This document shows positions 33,594 through 42,866 of a stretch of 53,015 nt of DNA, piece by piece. Source of the stretch: a virus (Duplodnaviria > Heunggongvirae > Uroviricota > Caudoviricetes). Positions within the stretch are counted from its first letter, which is position 1. Each line of letters begins with the position of its first letter. A program made the position numbers and the translations under genes. The stretch is from the IMG/VR virus record IMGVR_UViG_3300029305_011445. The stretch is one strand, 5' to 3'. The notes beneath the pieces are model-generated. The model saw only the letters and a program-made list of their open reading frames with translations, did no database searches and was not told where the DNA came from.

Positions 33594-34877
33594 TTATTCT
33601 TCACCAGATGAAATAGTTTTAGGTTCTTGTTTCTCAAACCCTCGTTCCATATAACATTCTGGACATTCAATAAAATGCGGTCCCGGTGATAAAAATGTAA
33701 CATCCTCATTCCACTCATGTGCACAAAATGCACATCCCATATGAATCACTTGATGTACAACACTTTTATGGAACTCTTTTGTCGCAATATCAAGTTCATA
33801 TAGTCTTCTGTAAAGTTCTGTTGAATTATCAGATGAAATTTCTAAATACGCAGGACACCACTGTACCTTAAATTGATTTGAAGACAATTCGTCTTGCATT
33901 CGATTCTTAATAATACTCCATTGTGAATTACATGTTTTTTCAATGAAATCGATTGTATCTTTGTACTGCTTGCGAATCACTTCTAATAATTCACGATTCT
34001 TTTTGTCTTCATCAGCAGATAACGTTGTTTTCACAATAAAATCTGAATCCTGTTTTTTCGAAACAGGAGCAGGTACAGGGTTTTGATTTTGTTCTTCAAC
34101 AGCTTTTTCTGTTTCATTTTTATGCTGTTGCGTTTCTGCTTTCTTTTCGCTTTCAGCTTGAACTTTATGTTGTTCCGAATTTATTGTTGGTTCATTGATT
34201 TTTGTATCCGACATAATGATGTGCTTAGTATCTTCTTTTATAATTTCCGGTTCCATTTTCTCTGGTTCAGAAACAATTGATTCCGTAATTGTAGGCTCGT
34301 TTTTGATAGAGCCTTTGTTCAACCATGCAAAATCAACTTCGATACGACAAACATTATCATCGAATTCCTCATAATGAGCCATTAACACATTGTTTACAGT
34401 CTGTTCCAATGATGTTTCTTTAATTGAAGCTTCTAATGCTGCTGCGATGCCAAAATCATATAACATATCTTGTGTCAACTCTTTAAAATCCAATGTGTTT
34501 ATAAATTCAGAAAAATCGAATCTATCGTTTTTGCTGATACCAGTAATATCAAACTCGTTTTTGTCTTTTGCATCACACTCTTTAAAGAAATAAAGACTAC
34601 CAATGTTTCGTTCTAAATCTTTATCATTATTCAATAAATAAACCTGCGGAGATGTTCTGTCTGTCTTATCACGACACACAACATCGCTTAGCATCATTCC
34701 GGCATCTGCAAAGAATTTTGCTTCTTGTGCAGCACACAGTTCGATATCTTCATCGGTTCCAATAAGAACAATATTTTGAACTAAGCCACGGCCACCACGT
34801 AATGTATAAACTTTGTTAAATGTGGCCAATTTTGGACATGCGTCCTGACACCAATCTGCACGAATCATTTCTTGCAT
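33594..34877 (-). CDS. Hypothetical protein with C-terminal Zn finger
   Basis: 427 aa; CAFC...CPEC; acidic low-complexity middle. Confidence 0.8.
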   Translation of the reverse strand: MQEMIRADWCQDACPKLATFNKVYTLRGGRGLVQNIVLIGTDEDIELCAAQEAKFFADAGMMLSDVVCRDKTDRTSPQVYLLNNDKDLERNIGSLYFFKECDAKDKNEFDITGISKNDRFDFSEFINTLDFKELTQDMLYDFGIAAALEASIKETSLEQTVNNVLMAHYEEFDDNVCRIEVDFAWLNKGSIKNEPTITESIVSEPEKMEPEIIKEDTKHIIMSDTKINEPTINSEQHKVQAESEKKAETQQHKNETEKAVEEQNQNPVPAPVSKKQDSDFIVKTTLSADEDKKNRELLEVIRKQYKDTIDFIEKTCNSQWSIIKNRMQDELSSNQFKVQWCPAYLEISSDNSTELYRRLYELDIATKEFHKSVVHQVIHMGCAFCAHEWNEDVTFLSPGPHFIECPECYMERGFEKQEPKTISSGEE

Positions 34878-34895
34878 ATTAAAATACCTTTCCTG

Positions 34896-35096
34896 TTATA
34901 CGATTTCAAAAATGTTATTATCAGCTTCTCCGACTGCTTCTAATCCTTTGATTGCGGTTTTTGCAGCAGCTTCTGTTTTGTATGGTTTTGCTTCTGATTC
35001 AAGATATGTGTTTTCAAAGTGTCCTTCTTTTTTGCTGAACGCTTTAACATAACCTGTTTCACCACTTACTTTGTTTGTCCATTTAATTTTTGCCAT
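34896..35096 (-). CDS. Small hypothetical protein
   Basis: 66 aa, GAGG RBS. Confidence 0.8.
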   Translation of the reverse strand: MAKIKWTNKVSGETGYVKAFSKKEGHFENTYLESEAKPYKTEAAAKTAIKGLEAVGEADNNIFEIV

Positions 35097-35167
35097 AATT
35101 TTAATACCTCACTTACAATTTTCTTCTTTCAATAAATATGGTATGTTTAAACTACAAAGCAAACGCA

Positions 35168-36028
35168 TTAGACACATTTACCTCGCAAAATAATATTAGA
35201 TTCACCAACAAACAAAATAGTTTCTTCTGTTAAAGGTGTCTCATGTTCCAATAAACTAATATTTGATAAATTAGGTAACAATTCTATACCCGATTCGGAT
35301 GCATACATGAGAACTTTTGCTATTTGTCTCGTTGTTAAATTAGAAATATCTATTAACACACAAAATGTTCCGTTTTTAATAAATACTGATTCGTAATTCG
35401 ACAATCCTAATTTCTTTATACAATTATGAAACCATTGCAATTGTTTCCCGGATATTGTCTGGAATGATAAAGACACGCCGTTACATATTGCTTCAATATC
35501 TAAGCTATCCGATTCAAAGTGACATTCACCATCATCAATGTCATCGTCATTATTCTTCCCAAATTGATCTCGAATCCAGTAATATACATCATCACCAATT
35601 GTGTCGCGAATATCTTTTGATTCTTCAAAGTCTCGGTTTAAAACTTCATTAATAATCATTTCTATCGCTTCAAGAAGAATAGCAACGCTTTCTTTTATGT
35701 GATCCGGTGTGTCAGAAATTTTTAATATGAATATCATTTTTTCAGTGTCTTCTTCAAAACGATTAATATCGATTGTGAAAAGTGTAAATATGATATCTTC
35801 ACTCGTTTCTTCCATATTTGAATCAAATGCTAACAATATAATCGCTTGCTGATTTTTTCTTACATTTTCAACGAAACACTTGATATCTTCATCTTTATTG
35901 CTTGCAAGTTCTATAAATTCTTTTACATTAAATCTTTCCGGATTCGCTTCCATACCATAACTATTTAATTCAGAACGTGTCATACGAATTGCGTAATGTC
36001 TATCCGTTGCTTTTGTTATAAATGCCAT
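35168..36028 (-). CDS. Hypothetical protein, possibly a MecA-like ClpC adaptor
   Basis: N-terminal IRMTRSELNSYGM and C-terminal S.F...G.FCVL...LLEHE resemble MecA domains. Confidence 0.4.
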   Translation of the reverse strand: MAFITKATDRHYAIRMTRSELNSYGMEANPERFNVKEFIELASNKDEDIKCFVENVRKNQQAIILLAFDSNMEETSEDIIFTLFTIDINRFEEDTEKMIFILKISDTPDHIKESVAILLEAIEMIINEVLNRDFEESKDIRDTIGDDVYYWIRDQFGKNNDDDIDDGECHFESDSLDIEAICNGVSLSFQTISGKQLQWFHNCIKKLGLSNYESVFIKNGTFCVLIDISNLTTRQIAKVLMYASESGIELLPNLSNISLLEHETPLTEETILFVGESNIILRGKCV

Positions 36029-36210
36029 TTCCGTTGCCCCCTTATTGGAAGATATTATTTATAAGGACCAAAACACCCTTATACGAAGAAATGCCATAAC
36101 AAATTGTTACGGCATTTTTACTATTCTGTCTTGATGTATGCTGGCTCAAAAAAAATAACATGATTAAATATGGTTTATGTATACAAACCAAAAGAGTAAC
36201 GTCTATGGCG

Positions 36211-36972
36211 TTACTCTTTCTGTTCGTTGTTTTGTTCATTTTTATTGAGTTCTTGCGACTCTAATTCTGCCAGTTTCGTCTCGAAGTCAACAAACTGCAA
36301 TAAAAATTCTGACTTGCAACTACGAATATCTCCCTCTTCCGGCAATGATTCATGAAAATATTCAAGCGGTGTTTTAAAAAAGTATGCAGACGCTTTATCT
36401 AACTTAATCTTTTTTAAATATCCATTAGCTTCCTTGGATGCGAAAAATCGATACATTGCTTCTAAATCAGTAAAACGTTCCTCTGGGTGATTTACTAACC
36501 AATGGTTAAACAGCAATCGAGCCTTATCGTATCCCTGTTCCGTTTCAAAATCTTTAACCGATGCTCTTTTTTCACCGGATAACTCACGATTATATTCCAT
36601 AATCCATAAATTATGAAGATCGTATTCTCGAATTACATTCGGATAACATAATGCAGCAACATATCCATATGCTGAACGAGAATCAAGTGTTCTTGTTGAA
36701 CGACCATTTTTCACATCTGCTGGCCACATAAGTTTTGAATACGGTTTTGACAATCCTAATTTATCTACGATCTCAGCGGACATATAATTCATTGCATCAT
36801 ATGGTGTCCAATCCAAGATGTTTTCAAATACATAACGAAACAGATAACATGCTTCTTCGTGGTTCTGTTCATCTGAATATGAAAAATAAACATCTGGTAT
36901 CTTAATTGTTTTGTTATTTGCTAATTGTTGCTCCCATTCCTGAATAAGAGCATCCGTGGTTTCTGATTTCAT
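36211..36972 (-). CDS. Hypothetical protein (weakly DUF4046-like)
   Basis: LFRYVFENILDWTP..A helical motif. Confidence 0.7.
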   Translation of the reverse strand: MKSETTDALIQEWEQQLANNKTIKIPDVYFSYSDEQNHEEACYLFRYVFENILDWTPYDAMNYMSAEIVDKLGLSKPYSKLMWPADVKNGRSTRTLDSRSAYGYVAALCYPNVIREYDLHNLWIMEYNRELSGEKRASVKDFETEQGYDKARLLFNHWLVNHPEERFTDLEAMYRFFASKEANGYLKKIKLDKASAYFFKTPLEYFHESLPEEGDIRSCKSEFLLQFVDFETKLAELESQELNKNEQNNEQKE

Positions 36973-37289
36973 GAATCTTCGCCTCCTAATATTTCATCAA
37001 ATACGATTCTTTTTCGTTTTCTTTCTCTTTTATAAGAATTATACGTATTATAGTGCTGACACGTTTGTAATTCTTTTGTCTGTTTCAAATATGTAATTTG
37101 GAAAGAACATATTTTGTATTTATCAATATCTTCTGCAAATTCTATAAAATCGTCAAATTGCTCCTCTGTTATATATTTGCGTTTCCACATTTCATATACT
37201 TCATTTAATACTGCTTCCGGAGTTACACCAAGTTCCATATCGAGTTTTAGAATTGCATATAACATATCGCGTAATTTATCTATTTTCAC
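36969..37289 (-). CDS. Hypothetical protein
   Basis: 106-aa ORF, coupled to 36211-36972. Confidence 0.75.
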   Translation of the reverse strand: MKIDKLRDMLYAILKLDMELGVTPEAVLNEVYEMWKRKYITEEQFDDFIEFAEDIDKYKICSFQITYLKQTKELQTCQHYNTYNSYKRERKRKRIVFDEILGGEDS

Positions 37290-37301
37290 GTTTTTTCATT
37301 C

Positions 37302-37733
37302 CTATGATAATCCAAGCAACGCGCGCATTGCAGCTTGTTCATCTTCGTCACAATCGTTTTCCGACTCATCATCTTCATCATTTAAAATATATTTTCTGAT
37401 AATCTGATCCAACCACACTGCAACAATATCTGCAGGTAATGCATTTTTCTCAGCACGTAACTCTCCTGTTTCGTCTTCTTTTTCTGAAACAAAATTTGTA
37501 TTAATAAATACATGTTTTGCGTTTCCAGGATATGTATACCAATCTCTAGTGCTGAGATAAATAATAAAATTCACATATTTATTGGATCCGGATTTTAAAT
37601 CACTCTCCATTCGCTCCATATCTGTTTGTGTCATTCCATAATCATGAATTGGATCATTCATCTCTGTCAACTTGTCTACTAATTCGATATATTCATCGAA
37701 TGTCATCTTTTTCAGTTCTGCTTTGTTATCCAT
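37302..37733 (-). CDS. Acidic hypothetical protein
   Basis: 143 aa, GAGG RBS. Confidence 0.8.
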   Translation of the reverse strand: MDNKAELKKMTFDEYIELVDKLTEMNDPIHDYGMTQTDMERMESDLKSGSNKYVNFIIYLSTRDWYTYPGNAKHVFINTNFVSEKEDETGELRAEKNALPADIVAVWLDQIIRKYILNDEDDESENDCDEDEQAAMRALLGLS

Positions 37734-38118
37734 ATTTTTTTCCTCTCTTTAAAAGGCCGTAATAATTCCTTCCTCATAAATATGGAAATAGAATTTGCAA
37801 AGCAAAACCATTTGTCTCATTTTTAGAATTTTAAGCAAAGATGTGAATAATATAAATGGGACGTTTGAAATGTTTAGCTGTGACAACATTACTTGCCGCA
37901 AATATTCCTGTTTAAATAATATGGTGTGCATTTGTTTAGAAAAGCAAACACAAACCACATCCTACGCACTAAAGTGCGGTTGGATAAGGATGAAATTATC
38001 GCGACGGGTTAATAGTGTCACGAGAGTTGCAATACGCAACTATAATTTATTAGGACCATTCTTATTAAAACGAAGAAAAAAAACACCTGATGAAAATTCA
38101 TCAAGTGTTTTTTTTCTT

Positions 38119-39465
38119 TTACGCACTAAATTCGACCAAATATTCAATGGTTGCCTGACACTGTTGATATACAATTACCTCATCATTACGCAATCGCATA
38201 CCATTGTCACCATTGTTACGTTCTGCCCATAAGCAGTCGCAATCCGGATGATCTCTGTGAAAATCCTCCCAATGATGTGGTGATTTACACATACCACCGT
38301 CTCTGTAAATATAATATGGATTTCCTGTTGCAACTTTGAAAATTGCAAGATAGGCTTTGTTATCAGACCCTTGTGCCCAATAAGAACCTCGTGACGAAGT
38401 ATATCCTATTGATTTACCAGCACTAGGTGCAAAATAAATGCCATATCCAAACATTTTACCACAAATACGAACATCTGCTTTTACGAGCTCCGGATTCAAA
38501 TATAAACCGTTTAAGAAAATACTCCACCAATTTGGTGTGCCGGAACCATGCCAAAGTTTTGTAATACCACCATTTTCTTCAGTAAGATTCCGTGATTTAC
38601 AATATTTGTTAAAAGCATCTTCTGTTTGATGATTTTTACATTTCCATGCTCGCAAATATCTTGCGCGATTATTTGTCATCAAATCTTTGATAAAGTTCTC
38701 TTCATCTTTTGTGACATCTCGCATTTCAAGATTGTTTGCTTCCAGAATTGTTTTGTTAGCATCAACAGCACCTGTGGTTCGAAGCATTGAACACAAGAAA
38801 TCTAACAATTCCTGTTCCGCTTGAATTTTGTTCGTGAAATCGCTTTGTTTTTTAACGATTTCATTTTTCATCTGGCGAATTGGACGAGGAATAATTGTCC
38901 ACAAATCCATCAGTAATTTGTTAAATTCAGATACAGATAAAGAATCTTTTTCTGTATTTAACTTATTGATAAGTTCTTGTGCAGCGGTTAAATCCTTTTC
39001 CGGGATTGTATCGATTTTAACAGAATACTGTTCGCTAAGGACTTCATTTGCGGCAGCTAATAACTCTTTTAAAATGTCACGAACTGAAACGTTCTCGATT
39101 TCACGATATTCACCTGACTTCTTAATTTCTTTGGCATCAAGTTTTTCTGTAGAAACGACATTCCATTTCGAACAAATCTTGCGGCTTACATACTCGCACC
39201 ATTCTGTTATTGGTAACCTTCTACAAGTCTGTTTGTTTGGGCCAAACTTAACCTGCGTTTTGCCACTTTTTACGGTGAAGAAAAGCCCGTCCGCAGAAAC
39301 TTCCAATTCTTCCTGCTCGTTTTTACCGATATTTGTGCCAAAATTCATTGCCACTTTACGAAGTAAAAGGTACTTCGTTTTTGTCGGATCAAAAATTGGA
39401 TCCATTGCCATATCATCTACGATATCTGCAGTGTCCATGTTGTTCATTGATAATTCACTTGCCAT
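38119..39465 (-). CDS. PARP-type ADP-ribosyltransferase (regulatory plus catalytic domains)
   Basis: LWHGS, GKMFGYGIYFA..A.KS..Y, LRNDEVIVY (H-Y-E triad); LWTIIP regulatory-domain motif. Confidence 0.92.
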   Translation of the reverse strand: MASELSMNNMDTADIVDDMAMDPIFDPTKTKYLLLRKVAMNFGTNIGKNEQEELEVSADGLFFTVKSGKTQVKFGPNKQTCRRLPITEWCEYVSRKICSKWNVVSTEKLDAKEIKKSGEYREIENVSVRDILKELLAAANEVLSEQYSVKIDTIPEKDLTAAQELINKLNTEKDSLSVSEFNKLLMDLWTIIPRPIRQMKNEIVKKQSDFTNKIQAEQELLDFLCSMLRTTGAVDANKTILEANNLEMRDVTKDEENFIKDLMTNNRARYLRAWKCKNHQTEDAFNKYCKSRNLTEENGGITKLWHGSGTPNWWSIFLNGLYLNPELVKADVRICGKMFGYGIYFAPSAGKSIGYTSSRGSYWAQGSDNKAYLAIFKVATGNPYYIYRDGGMCKSPHHWEDFHRDHPDCDCLWAERNNGDNGMRLRNDEVIVYQQCQATIEYLVEFSA

Positions 39466-39545
39466 ATTTGTTCTCCTTCTTTTTATTTATCTATATAAAC
39501 AACAAAAAGGAGACTATTAATGTCTCCTTTTTGTTGATGATTATG

Positions 39546-40040
39546 TTACAGAATAAATATGGTATGTAGAAGATCCTCAATAAATCCACCAACCAACAAT
39601 TCTGTATTTATATTACATTTTCTATCAGAACCATACACATTGTGAATCAAAAACACTTCTGTTTCTAATCGATCTTCGCCAGGGCTTCTTTGAAGATTAA
39701 TTGTTAGAAACAATGGTTCTGTTGTATACCAATAAGGTGGCTTACCGAATTCATATACATGTTTTCTGATTAACTCAATTGTTTCTTTTTCTTCCGTGTC
39801 TTTAAGATATTGAATTAAATCATCTTTTGTTTCAAATGTAAATAGTTTCAATGCATTCATTGGAGGAAGAAAGTCGTTAAACTGTATTGTTATATCTAAC
39901 AAATAATATAATCCGTGACTGTACAGTAAAATTTCTTTATGTATATCAATATAACGTATGCCAAGCAGTTTAATTTTGTAACAATAATCATTTTGGAACA
40001 TTGGATGGTTCCAAACATCTGTTGTCTCACTTAATATCAT
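39546..40040 (-). CDS. Hypothetical protein
   Basis: 164 aa, GGAGG RBS. Confidence 0.75.
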   Translation of the reverse strand: MILSETTDVWNHPMFQNDYCYKIKLLGIRYIDIHKEILLYSHGLYYLLDITIQFNDFLPPMNALKLFTFETKDDLIQYLKDTEEKETIELIRKHVYEFGKPPYWYTTEPLFLTINLQRSPGEDRLETEVFLIHNVYGSDRKCNINTELLVGGFIEDLLHTIFIL

Positions 40041-40172
40041 TTAATTACCTCCGTATCTTATTATTACAATAAATATGGAACAATTATTTACGAAACAAAA
40101 AGCCTGCACCAATTGACGCAAGCTTCAAGTTTTTAAATATTAAGCCCGTGCAAACCACACGAGCTCTATTTA

Positions 40173-40424
40173 TTATTCAATTTCTACTTCTGCCGCAAAT
40201 CCGTAGTGACAATATTCGTATGTATCAGATAGATAATCAGATAAATTCTCAGCACTACCATCAATATCTTCTAATAAATGGACATTGCTTATATTAATAT
40301 CAATAACGACTTTATCCGGCAAACTAATTGATTTTGGAGCATCCCAATCAATATCTGTAACGGTAATTGTAATCTTTTTGTCAAGATCATATACTGTTCC
40401 ATCTTCCATTTCGTACGGTTTCAT
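40173..40424 (-). CDS. Small acidic phage hypothetical protein
   Basis: GGGAG RBS; ENLSDYLSDTYEYCHYGF C-terminus. Confidence 0.75.
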   Translation of the reverse strand: MKPYEMEDGTVYDLDKKITITVTDIDWDAPKSISLPDKVVIDINISNVHLLEDIDGSAENLSDYLSDTYEYCHYGFAAEVEIE

Positions 40425-40808
40425 AATTGTTTCTCCCTTCTTAAAACACAAATGGTTGTTTACGTAATAAATATGGTACATATTTGAGACATAATTTGCT
40501 ATTTGTAAAATTATGTTTTATGAAATGAAGTTACAGAATATATATATATGTATAGATATCAGATTCAATAATCATAAGGTTCATAAGATTCATATAGTCT
40601 ATATTCATAATAGGTAACAGGAAAGTTTGAAACCCCTTGTAAACTCTATGGTTGCATGATTTTTTACGAATCCGAAGTTGACAAGAAATAATGTAGTTTA
40701 GGTTTTAAAATTTCTAACAACGTCTTTAAAAATCACATCGTGTTTTCATTTTTACAATTAACAACAAATAATCTCAATTCACATCTTAAAACTTGAAAAC
40801 TGTCCAAC

Positions 40809-40817
40809 TGTGGATAA
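40809..40817 (-). promoter_or_regulatory. Perfect DnaA box in a long AT-rich intergenic region
   Basis: TGTGGATAA = reverse complement of TTATCCACA. Confidence 0.4.
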
Positions 40818-40958
40818 TTTAAAATGAAATCAAAACAAAAACGTAAGCAAAATTACGAACAGGTTCTTGTGTTTGTATCATATTCTGAGTAATTAATACA
40901 CGAAAAAGAGCCCGGAATTTGCTTCCGAGCTACTAAATATTTATGAAATTATGAATGG

Positions 40959-42116
40959 CTATCCTGCCAACAATTGGTATCCGTAAATATCCCAGGCTAA
41001 AGTTCGAACCATTGCTCCAATACTGTGGATTCGTTCTCCTTTTTTTACATATAACTCGTACAATCTACAAACAGCTGATACAATAACTGTTTCCGGTAGC
41101 TGCAATGCAATTTTGGATATATCATTTAAGTCTTGTAATTTAACCTGCAACAATGGATCCTGCTTCTTCTGCTTTTTATTCGTTTTTGAAATACTATCGT
41201 TTAAGGTTTTAATAGCATCTGTTATCGTATCTCTGCAATGATCACATATTTCAGATTTAAGTCGTACCGGATTAAATCTATCTTTCATGGTTAAATAAAA
41301 GAAACGATTTCCTTTTGACAATTTAACTCCAAACATAGTTCCAAACTCAGGAGTTGTAATAATTTGTATAATCTGTTTTTTTGTTACATAATCTGGCAGC
41401 ATACGTTTTGTATCTGCAAAAGAGGTTTCGTTTAAAAACTGATTATTTTGTAATCCATCCAATGTGGATACAATTCCTCGTAACTGAAGTCGCAATACAT
41501 TAATGGTTTTGCAATTAATTAAAGTTTTTAACATATCAAATGACAACACAAAATATCCGCGACCACCTTCTGATGCGGATTTTTGATTATCTTTTATAGA
41601 CAATATAAATACTTGATATGTTCCTGGATACAACCCTTTCCCGTAAGAGATATATCCTCGCTTTGATAATGTTTCAAGGTTACGAGTAACACTCTTTTTT
41701 GAACATGATAACTGCTCTGCAGCCTCTGTTACTTCAATACGTGCGTATCCATACTTATCTACACGTAAAAAATGTAAATACAAGAATAATTTGATTGCAA
41801 GAGTATTTAGTTTCTGTCTTGTTCCGAAATGATTTCTTTCATTCACATAAATACGTTGCGTTAAAACTTGGAACCTTTTTTGACCACAGGAACGAGTACA
41901 ATTTTCGCCTCGATTGTAATACGGACAAGCATAACAATTACTTGCATCCACATCAACAATATTTGTTTTTTGTGTCTGTATCTTATAATGATTCGGCTGA
42001 TTTTTAATAGCGTTGATTATTGCAGCAGTATTGATGAGCGCAGTTTTAGGATATTCCATATGAAAATAGAATTGCTCCATATTTGGTTCTTGGATTTGTT
42101 CTTTTGTGCCAATCAT
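40959..42116 (-). CDS. Winged-HTH protein, putative replication initiator
   Basis: EAAEQLSCSKKSVTRNLETLSKRGYI HTH; CYACP...C...C cluster; DnaD-like C-terminus. Confidence 0.65.
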   Translation of the reverse strand: MIGTKEQIQEPNMEQFYFHMEYPKTALINTAAIINAIKNQPNHYKIQTQKTNIVDVDASNCYACPYYNRGENCTRSCGQKRFQVLTQRIYVNERNHFGTRQKLNTLAIKLFLYLHFLRVDKYGYARIEVTEAAEQLSCSKKSVTRNLETLSKRGYISYGKGLYPGTYQVFILSIKDNQKSASEGGRGYFVLSFDMLKTLINCKTINVLRLQLRGIVSTLDGLQNNQFLNETSFADTKRMLPDYVTKKQIIQIITTPEFGTMFGVKLSKGNRFFYLTMKDRFNPVRLKSEICDHCRDTITDAIKTLNDSISKTNKKQKKQDPLLQVKLQDLNDISKIALQLPETVIVSAVCRLYELYVKKGERIHSIGAMVRTLAWDIYGYQLLAG

Positions 42117-42234
42117 AATAACTGCCTCCTTTCTTTTACTGCAAATAATACAATGTATAACTTTAAACTCATCATAACAGTTTTAAAAGGTTTGTAAAGG
42201 CATACGAAAAACACCTTTTCGAAGTAAAACAATT

Positions 42235-42760
42235 TATATCGAAAGGGATTGAACCATCTTTATTGACTGTCGAAAAGTTTGCGATCACGTAATTTGTTGT
42301 ACGAAGATGTTACGGCTACAAATTGTTTTTGCGAATTATTATTCCGCAAATCGAAAAATAACGTAACAGATAAAATATTGTCGAACATGTATACATTGTT
42401 TTGAAAGGGCGTCGAAAAAATGAATGCTGAACTGATTGTATTTCGAATGTTTGTGTACCTAAATTTACTTTAATCGAAAATTTGATATCATATCGTAATT
42501 ACGTCGAAGGAATATGCACTATTTGAGAATTTGGCGAAAAATATGAAACTAATTTACAATGCATCGAAAAAAAATAGAACCATATTATGCTGTATCGAAA
42601 AAATGCACACTACATTATGATACGTCGAAAAAAACATGCACCATATTATATATTTCGAAGAAAGTTGAACCATAATTAAATATTTCGAAGAAAATGGTAC
42701 TATTTTACATTACGTCGAAGGAAATTGTGCCATATTACTACTGTGTCGAAATATTTAATA
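42235..42760. repeat. Degenerate tandem array, 30-31-bp period (candidate iterons)
   Basis: CGAA at 42240, 42271, 42302, 42332, then 42352, 42382, 42413, 42444, 42475, 42505, 42535, 42565, 42596, 42626, 42656, 42686, 42716, 42747. Confidence 0.85.
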
Positions 42761-42866
42761 CCAAATCAAATAATATAGGTAATGGTCGAACAAAAATTGG
42801 TCTATGACTGTCGGGTTGTACTTTCTCCTGCTTTCGTTTATAATAGTTCTAAATTGGAGGTAGGCT

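Noticed and set aside
42235-42760. CRISPR array
   Set aside because: Units are degenerate along their whole length with no unique spacers, the period is only about 30 bp, and there are no cas genes
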